NCBI RefSeq assembly: GCF_000737315.1
Contig: NZ_JMCB01000003.1
Span: 186,001 to 250,000 of the forward strand
Direction: 5' to 3'
Source: Hyalangium minutum
GTDB lineage: Bacteria; Myxococcota; Myxococcia; Myxococcales; Myxococcaceae
Length of the DNA stretch: 64,000 nt
A program made the translations under genes and the position numbers. Under the pieces are notes generated by a model. That model was not told the origin of the DNA. It saw only the letters and a program-made list of their open reading frames with translations, and did not search any database. Positions 50,701 through 59,700 of this stretch are shown here, one piece after another (the first letter of the stretch is position 1; each line of letters opens with the position of its first letter).

Positions 50701-53700
50701 GGGAAGCGGCCGTGTCGGTGACGCTGGCGGATCGTCTGCCGCCCTCGGTGGTGCAGGGCACTGCGATGGAGCTGGTGGGCCCCGCGGGAGCCATCTCCGG
50801 CACGCGCACGGTGCAGGGCTCGGCGGTGCTGTTCCGGCCCTCGGCGGTGCTCACTCCCGGGGAGCGGGTGCAGGCGCGCGTCACGCTGGGCGCCACGCCC
50901 TATGTGGGCGGCACGGTCCTCGGGCCGTGGACGTGGTCCATCCTCCCGAGCGCGGAGGCTCCCTCCCTTCGAGTGGATGCGCTGGTGCCGGACCATGGAG
51001 ACGTGTCGGGTGGCTACCCGGTGGTGCTGGCGGGCGCGGGCTTCGACGCGCAGACGCAGGTGTGGTTCGGCACGCGTGCGGCCACGGTGGTGCCGCCGGT
51101 GTCCACGGACGCGATCCATGTGCTGGCGCCGGCCTCTCCGGTGCCGGGCCCGGTCCGCGTCCGCGTGAGCCCGGGGGTGGCGGGGACGCCGGTGGATGTG
51201 CCCGGAGGCTTCGTCTACCTGGCGCCGCTGGCGATCTCGCGGGTGACACCTCCCCGGGTGGACCTGGGCGGAGGCGCGGTGACAGTGGAGGGCACGGGCT
51301 TCAACCGGAGCCTCACCGCGCGGCTGGGCGGGCTCGTGGCGCCGGTGAGTGACTTCACGCCCACGAGCTTCAAGCTGAGCGTTCCGGCCGGTCCTTCCGG
51401 GTGGCTCGCGCTCGAGGTGGCGCAGGCGGGCACGCCTCCGGTGACGCTGGCTCAGGCCGTGCTGCGCGCCGACGGCGTCGCGCCCACCGTCACCGCGTGG
51501 GAGCCGCTGGACACGGTGGGCACTGGGCAGGTGCCGCTCAACTCCATCTTCACGGTGCGCTTCAACGAGCCCATTGATCCCGCCACAGCCACCCACGTGC
51601 GGCTCGTGCGCCAGGGCGGCACGGTGCCAGAGTCCGGGACCCACACCGTCGCGCCGGATGGGCTGAGCGTTACGTTCACACCGGCGGCGGCGCTGCCCTC
51701 CACCACGGCGTTCACGCTCTCGGCGGCGGGGGTGGCGGATCTGTTCGGCAACGCGATCGCGAACACTGCCGCGGCCCGGAAGGACTTCCGCTCTCGCGAC
51801 GTGGTTCCGCCCAACGTATACGTGCGGTTGGAGAGCAGCACCGAGCCCCTCGCGCCAGGGACTCTGCTCGCGGCGGAGGTGTCCTGGAGCTTCCGGGTGG
51901 TGGCCTCGGATGACAGCGGCCAGGTGAGCCTCCGCCAGCTCTGGGTGGACGGAGCGGCCGTGAGCGTGGATTGGGACGGGAAGGCCACCTACCGCTGGCC
52001 CGCGATCATGAGCTCGAGGCCCTCGACGCTGAAGGTGCGCGCCGAGGACAGCGCGGGAAACGGTACCGAGTCCGAGGTGACGGTGCAGGTGGTGGAGGAC
52101 ATGCCGCCCACGGTGGCGATCACCCAGCCCTCCACGCCAGTGGTGCAGGTGGAGCAGGGCGTGTCGCTCACCGTGGCGCTGGCCGCGAGCGACAACCATG
52201 GTGTCTCGGCGGTGGAGCTGCGGCTGGACGGGGTGCCGATCAAGCGCGCGAGCAGCCTGACGGGCACGAACGCCACGCTCTCCCATGTGCTGTACCTGCC
52301 CACGCAGGGCACCTACCAGCTCACGGCGCTCGCGATGGATGATCGGGGCCAGCTCACCAGCTCCGAGAGCGTGAGCGTGCAGGTGCTCCCGGACACGACG
52401 CCGCCGCAGTTGGCGTGGGTGTTGCCCATGGCAGGGACCAAGCTCATCGGCGGCGGGCGCTACCCGTTGCAGGTGTCCGCCACGGACCTGAACGGAGTGG
52501 CCGAGGTGTCGTTCCGCATCGATGGCCAGCTCGTGGCGACGCGGACGGCCCCGCCCTGGTCGATGGACTGGGACGCGCCAGCGGTGACGTCCGCGGGGAC
52601 CCGCCTGCTCGAGGCTCGCGCGCGAGATGCGCAGGGCAACGAGGCCGGAGCCAGCCAGACGGTGACGGTGGCGCCGCCCTCGACTTCACGGCCCACGATC
52701 GTGCTCGATGGGTTTTCTACTTCTTACGGCTACCCCGAAGGGACGGCGGTCACGGTCCGAGCGCGTGTGACGTCGGAGATCCCGCTCCAGAGCGTGCGCC
52801 TGTCGCTGGGAGCGGAGACGGTGACGCTCACCCAACCGCCCTGGCAGCTCACGTTCGTGGCACCGCGAGTTCCGCCGCCCTCGCAACTGGTGAGGCTCCG
52901 CGGCACCGCGGTGGATCTCCTGGGGCGCGAGAGCTTCCCTGTGGAGTACGACGTCACCGTCCAGGACGACGGGCGGCAGCCCGTGCTCGCGCTGGACATG
53001 AACCCGCAGGGCCCTTCGCTGCTGGGCGGTTCCACGCTCCAGGTGGGGGGCCTGGATGGCGGCGTCCTGACAGGCACGGTGGTCCGCGTGAGCGAGGTGC
53101 TCCAGCCCGCCGAGACGGACGGGGGCTACACCCTGCCCTTCGAGCCAGAGGCGGCGCCTGTGCGCGTGTCCGCGCGAATGGATGCGTGGGACGGCGGCAT
53201 GGTGACGCTGGAGCGGCAGGGCACGCTGACGGCCTTTGCCAACGGTGCCACGGTCTCGGTCGCGGCCGCGGACGAGCCCGTGCTGGATCTGGCCACCTCC
53301 GGGCCATGGGAGTGGGTGGCCCGCGATCAGAGCGGTGGGCACACGCGCCTCGAGCTCCGGGATGCGGCCACTCAGGCCCTCACGGCCGAGCGCTCGCTGG
53401 ACGGGACCGCGGTGGCCGTGGCCTTTGAGCGGGGCCGGGCCGTGGTGGCGCTGCGCACCGGAGGGCGCGGCCGGGTCGACATGATGTCCGTGCCTGCCCT
53501 GGAGACGGTCGGCTCGTTCTCCGTGCGCAGAATCCCCCGCGCACTGGAGACCACTTCCTTCGGTCTGGCGATCGGGACGGACGAGGGCCTCGAGCTGTGG
53601 AGCAGCGGGGGCATGCTCGCCTCGCGACTGCCCCTCGGGGACGTGCTCGGGGTGTCCGCCGAGGGTGATCGCCTCGCGGTGCTGACGAACAGCACCTTGT

Positions 53701-56700
53701 ATGAAGTGGATGCGAGCGTGCCGCATGCTCCGGCGCTCGTGGCCTCCGTGCCTGTGGCAGGAGCCACAGGGGTGGTGGCGCTCGCGGATGCCCGCAGGTG
53801 CGTGGTGGGAGCCACGGCGCGGTGCTTCCGCGTGGAGGGAACCGCCTTGACGCTCCAGGGTGAAGCGCGGCTGCCGGACACGGCGATCGCCGCCGACGGT
53901 CCGGGGCCGTGGCTCCTGGCGGGCACGGCCAGCGGTCTGTCCGTGGTGGATGCGCGGGGAGCTCCCTCGATGGCGGGGTACTACCCGGCACTGGCGGGGC
54001 GGGTGGCTGCAGGGGACGGCCGCATCGTCGCGGCGGCGCCGGGCCGCAGCTCCCTCCTGAAGCTGCGGCGGAGCGTGGGAGCGCCCACGGTTCACCTGGA
54101 GCTTCCTCCCTCGGCGGCTCCTGGCGCGCGGGTGCCCGTGGTGGCCAGCGTGGAGGGGCTCTCGGACCCTCGGGATGGCTACACGGCGGAGCTGCGTGTG
54201 CGCGGCACGGCTGTCCAGGTGCTCAAGGGGCGGCTGCCGCAGTCCGTGGATCTGCCGCGTGACGGCACGGCGGCGCAGGTGGCCCTGCGGGTGGTGGATC
54301 TCGCGGGCCATGAGGCGCTCGCGCAAGGAACCGTGGCGCTCGTGGATGATGGGGCGGGCCCGGCGCTGGCGGCGCTGCAGGCGCGGGCGGAGGTGCCCTC
54401 GGGCGCCTTCTTCTCGCTGGCGGCGGTCCCGGCGGATCCCGCGCGGGTGGCCTCTGTCGAGTACTCCGTGGACAGCACGGTGCTGGGACGCGCGGATGCT
54501 CCGGCGCTGGCTTGGCGGCTGCGGGCTCCCACGGTGTCCACGGACACGGCCTTCACGGTGAGCGCGGTGGCATTGGACGCGCAGGGCCGCCGGGGCGCGC
54601 CGGTGCAGGCCTCGGTCTGGGTGCGGGCAGGAACGGGGGCGGCACTGCCCACGGTGTCCCTGGCGCGCGTGGGCACCGGGTCGATCCAGGAAGGCACGGA
54701 GGTGAGGGTCCGGGCCACGCTCACGCCGTCGGTCCCCGTGGCCGAGGTGCGCTTCAAGATGGACGGAGAGGAGCAGCAACGCCTGATGCTTCCCCCGTAT
54801 GAGGCGGTGCTGCGGATGCCGGTGGGAACGGGCTCGCGCGGCGTCACAGTGGAGGCGGTGGCGGTGGATGACCAGGGCCGCGAGTCGGCCGCCGCGCTCC
54901 TACCGCTCACGGTGGTGGATGACCTGACGCCTCCGGTGGTGGCCCTCGAGGTGGATCCCTCGGGAGAGGTGCTGACAGCTGGGAGCCGTGTGCGAGCCAC
55001 CGCGATCGCGTCCGATGGAGGAGCGCTCGAGTCCTGGTCCGTCCGGGCGCTGTTGGCGAACGTGGAACTGGCCAGCGGAGGTGGCCGGCTGGACTTCACC
55101 GTGCCCGCGAGCACTCCGGCCGGGACCTTGGTGGAGATCGTCGCCACGGCGCGGGATGTGGCGGGCAACGTGGCGACGAGCCGGGTGACGAAGACGGTGC
55201 TGGCCCCCGTCCTGCCCGACGGCGGCGTCGTGGTTGCCGGGGACTTCGTGGGAGCGGACCGCCTGACCCTGCGCGGGGACTTCGTCTATGCGACGACCCC
55301 GAGAGGACTGGCCGTGGGGCGGGTGCGGTGGGGAGAGACGCCCACGATCGAGCCGGTGAGCTTCCTCGCCACGGACGTCGCGCCTTCCTCGTTGGCGGTC
55401 CAGGGCCCGTGGGCGGTGCTGGTGCTGCCAGGGAGAGGGCTGTCGATCGTCAACATCGCGGATCCGGCGCAGCCCCGGGTGCGCGGCACGCTCGCGGGCA
55501 CCTTCACCAAGGCCCTGGCAGGGGATGGGCTCTATGTGCAGGGGAACTCCCTTTTCGAACTCGATCTGGAGGTGCCCTCCACTCCCGTGCTGAGGAACAT
55601 GGCGGTATCGGCAACGGCGGTGGACGGCACGGCCGACGGGGTCGTCTTCAACTCCTACTCCTACCTCATGGTCCGCGCGCGGCTGACCAGCGGCCTCAGT
55701 GGCTACCTGTCGCTCCTGTGGCCCGTGGGAGTGCCTCAGACGGCTCGCTGGAACGATGGGAAGCTGCTGGTCGGGACGGATCGCTCTCTCGCCGTGCTCG
55801 TCCGCAGTGGGGACAGCCTCGGCGTGGCCCAGGAGGTACCGCTGCCCGCGGGGGTTCGCGCCATGGCCGTGGCGGATGGCCGGGTCTGGCTCGCCTGCAC
55901 GGACGGCAAGCTGAGATGGGTGGACGTCCGCAACCCCACGGCTGCCCAGGTCATCGCCCAGGAGGCGCTCCCGGCCCGTGCGCTCGAGGTCTCCGGAGGG
56001 TTGATGCTCGCCACGACGGCGCAGGGGATCTTCGTGCGCCGGCTTCCGAACCTGGGCGCGGCGGGCAGTGCTCTGAGTACCCCGGTGGGAGGTCTGACCC
56101 TGGATGACGCGCCTCGGGCGGTGACGTCGTTCCGGCGGGGCGTATTGGTGGCGGCAGGGCTCGCCGGCGTGCAGCGGATCGTCCTGGACGATCCTTCCCA
56201 CCCCAGCCGCGTCTCCCAGTCCGTGGCGGGGTTGGCCCTGAAGCAAGTCGAGCGCACGGGCGAGCAGGTCTTCACCCTGAATGGCACGACGCTCTCGATC
56301 CACGTGGAGCAGTGGGATGGAAGCCTGGTGAGGGATGGCGGTGCCTCGGATCGGCTGGCGGCGCTCGGCAGCGTGGAGCGCTTCGCCGTCTCGCCGAGGA
56401 GGCTGTGGGCGGTGTCGGGAGGCACGGTGTCCTCGATGGGGCTGCCCTCGGTGGATCAGAAGGTGTCCCTGCTGCTGGGCTCCGCCACGCTGGACGTGGC
56501 GGGAGACGAGACGCGTGCCGTGGTGGCCCTGGGCCGCGCGGGCGCGGCGGTGGTGCTGGTAGATGGCGCGGGGACGCTGAGGCTGGGCGCGATGATTCCG
56601 GAGGTCCACACGGACGCGGTGGCGGTGGACGGCGACCTCGCGCTGCTGGGAGGCCCCTCGGGCTTGGCGGTGGTGGATCTCAGCGCTGCGAGCGGGCCCG

Positions 56701-59700
56701 TGCGCCGGGCCTCGCTGCCCACGGCGGGAGCGGTGCGCCGTGTGAGGCTGGAGGGGCGGCTGGCCCTGGTGAGCGAGGGCTCGGCGGGAGTCGAGCTGTG
56801 GAATGTCTCCCAGCCCGCCGCGCCGGTGCTCCTGGGCAAGCTGTCCACGCCGCGCGCCGAGGACGCGGTGGTGGCCGCGGGGCACATCGTCGTCGCGGAC
56901 AGTGTGGCGGGCGTAAAGGTCTTCTCCCTCCCCGCGGCTGGGGTGAACCCGGTGGTTCGGGTGGTGCCGGACGCGTCCAGCGTGGAGGCGGGGTCCTGGC
57001 TGGAGGTCTCGGCGCGGGTGTCGGGCGTGCAGGTGGATACGGCCGAGCTGCTCGTGGAGGGGCAGGTGCTCAGCCGGATGGACGAGCGGGCGGCGGTGGG
57101 CCGCTACCTCGTGCCAAAGCAAGCGGTGGTCGGCCGAGAGCTGGCGGTGCAGGTCCGGGCGCGCACCGCCTCCGGAGCCGAGACACTGTCGGCTCCGGTC
57201 TTCGTGAGGGTGTCAGCGCCCACGAACCTGCCGGAGATCGTCCTCTACCCGAACTCGCCCAACTCCGGCTGGTCGTACTACTCCGCGAGCAGCATCTCCG
57301 TGTCCGCGGTCTACGGGGGGGCCCTGGCCCCCGTCTCGGCGCGGGTCCGCTGGGCGGGACAGGACCTGGGAGCGCTGACGGTCATGGACACCTCCATCCA
57401 TGGGGAGCTGCGCATGCCGGTGGTGGGAGCGGACACGACGGGGACGCTGGAGTTCGTGCTCGTCGATGCGGCGGGGCGGATCAAGACGGCCTCCGTCCCG
57501 TCCATCAGGGTGCTGGCTCCCCAGGATCCGCTCCCCCAATCCGTCTACGGGCTGCCCTCCCGCCTGTACTCGGCGCCCTATGACAACGCCTTCACGGCTC
57601 AGGCCTACTGCTACACTTGGTGCAACGTGCGCGTGGAGCGCAATGGCGTCACCATCGCGAGCACCCTGAGTACCTCCCCGTACACCGGGTGGCGAAGCCT
57701 GCCAGTCTCGCTGGTGCTTCCGGGAGAGACCACTGGAACGCAGCAGACGCTGACGATCGTGGCCGAGGACTCGGCAGGCCGTCAGGTCCGGCAGGAGCAG
57801 CGCTACACCGTGCTCCGGGATGATCTGGTCCCGTCGGTGTCCCTCTACGCGCCGTACTCCGCTTCCGAGGGCGCGACTGTCTCCGTCTCCGCCTACGCCT
57901 CGTTCCCACCGGGGCATCAGATCCGGTCGCTGCGGTTGTTGGCCAATGGGGTCGAGATCGCCTCCGTGGTGGGCCCCACGCTATCGGGCGTGCCCTATAC
58001 GTTCCCCAGTGTCAGCGTCACCTCGACCGTCCGCTTCGAGGCGATTGCCACCGATCACCTGGGGCGCGAGGGACGCGCGGAGCAACTCGCCCAGGTTCTT
58101 CCAGACGCGCCGCCCAGCGCATCTATGTATGCGTCCCCAACGCCTGTGCAGGGCTACCCGATCTACGCGTGCATCAATGCCGCGGATGACGTGAGGCTCA
58201 CGGCCGTGACCTTCAAGGCGGGAGAGGAGACGTTGTGGAGCTGCACGAGCGGCTGCTCGGCCTACTTCTCCACGTCCTTCTCCAAGTGCGTCCAGAGCGC
58301 GTCTCGCTACACAGGGAGCGAGATCGTCCTGAGCGCGGAGCTCACCGACAGCGTCGGCCATACTGTCACGGAGACGCGGCCCTACGCGGTGGCGCAGAAC
58401 CAGCCGCCGACGGTGACGCTAACGTCCAAGAGCTATCTGGTGGCCGGACAGGGGGGGACCCCTGTGTACGCGAGTGCCTATGATGAGGCCCACATGCAGT
58501 CGCTCAAGGTGCGGGTGGGCGACACCCTGATCGCGCAGAGCACCTCCTCCTACTATGCCCAGAGTGGTCTCTCCTGGAGCGGTTCCTACACGCCCAGCTC
58601 TCCGGAGTCGTTCGTTCTCGAGGCGGTGGCGGAGGATGGGGCGGGCCTACAGACCGTCCTGCGCAAGCAGGTGCCTGTCTTGCCCGCGGGGTCGGGGCAG
58701 AGCTGTGAGAAGCCCGTCCCGATCGGCATGGACCTCACGCTGAGGCCGCCTCAGGTGCAGCTGCAGAGCACGTTCTACTCGCGGTGTGGGACCTTCTATA
58801 CGGGCTCGTGGCACACCCTGCCGTTCGACGGGCCCGTCGAGGAGATCTCCTTGAGGGCCTATTCCGACTCTTGGTACTGGCCAACCCTCATCGTGAAGGA
58901 CGGCTGTGACGCCTCGGCGGCGCAGTTCTGTCCATATTCCTCGTCGTCTTCCGATGTCTCCACGCGCGCCACCTCGCTCTCCTCCCAGGCGCGTGTCTTC
59001 CTCTCTCAGGTCACAGGGGACGTTTATGTCTCCTTCGCCCGGCTGGGCATGGGCGCCCGGTGCATCCCGGGCTCTACCTCCGTGGTCTGCTCCAACAGCG
59101 TCTGCCGTGAGCAGAGCAGTGGTGAGTACCGATGCGCTCCCGAGGCCTGCAGGGATGGCCTGGACAATGACGGCGATGGGCGCGTGGACTTCCCAGCGGA
59201 GCCGGGCTGCACGTCCGCGACGGACGACGACGAGACAGACCCCGTGCCGCTCCCCACCTGCGCCAACGGGGTGGACGAGGATGAGGATGGGGCCATGGAC
59301 TGGCCGGCGGAGACGGACTGCCCCTCTGCCTCCAGCAACGGGGAGCACCCGACCTCCTGCCAGGTGACGCCGCTGACCCTGCTGGGCTCCCGCATGCGGA
59401 TCGACTTCTCTCAGGCCTCGAATCTGGACGATCTGGTGTGCAGCACCTCCGGCTCGGGGCCAGACCAGGTCGTGAGGGTGGAGGTGCCAGGCCAGGCCTC
59501 GCTCTCTGGATCGCTGATGGAGCCGTACGGGTACCCAAAGACGCTGGCGCTCCGAAAGAGCTGCACGGACGGAGGAGCGTTCCTCGCCTGTGCTCCGGCG
59601 GAGTGGCAATCGGTTTGGGATGATGGACGTTGGGTATCTCAGTCTGTGGCCATGACGAGCGCGGAGGTGGGGCCCGGCTCCTACCTGTTCGTGGCGGACT

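Noticed and set aside
43302-52286. 2,994-aa minus-strand ORF (also 36375-41060, 1,561 aa, and many shorter ones)
   Set aside because: Antisense shadows of the giant gene: His/Arg/Gln-rich, no motifs, expected where GC3-biased coding depletes stops on the opposite strand
55265-55285. RGD tripeptides in the giant protein as integrin ligands
   Set aside because: Expected by chance in a 10,000-aa Arg/Gly-rich protein
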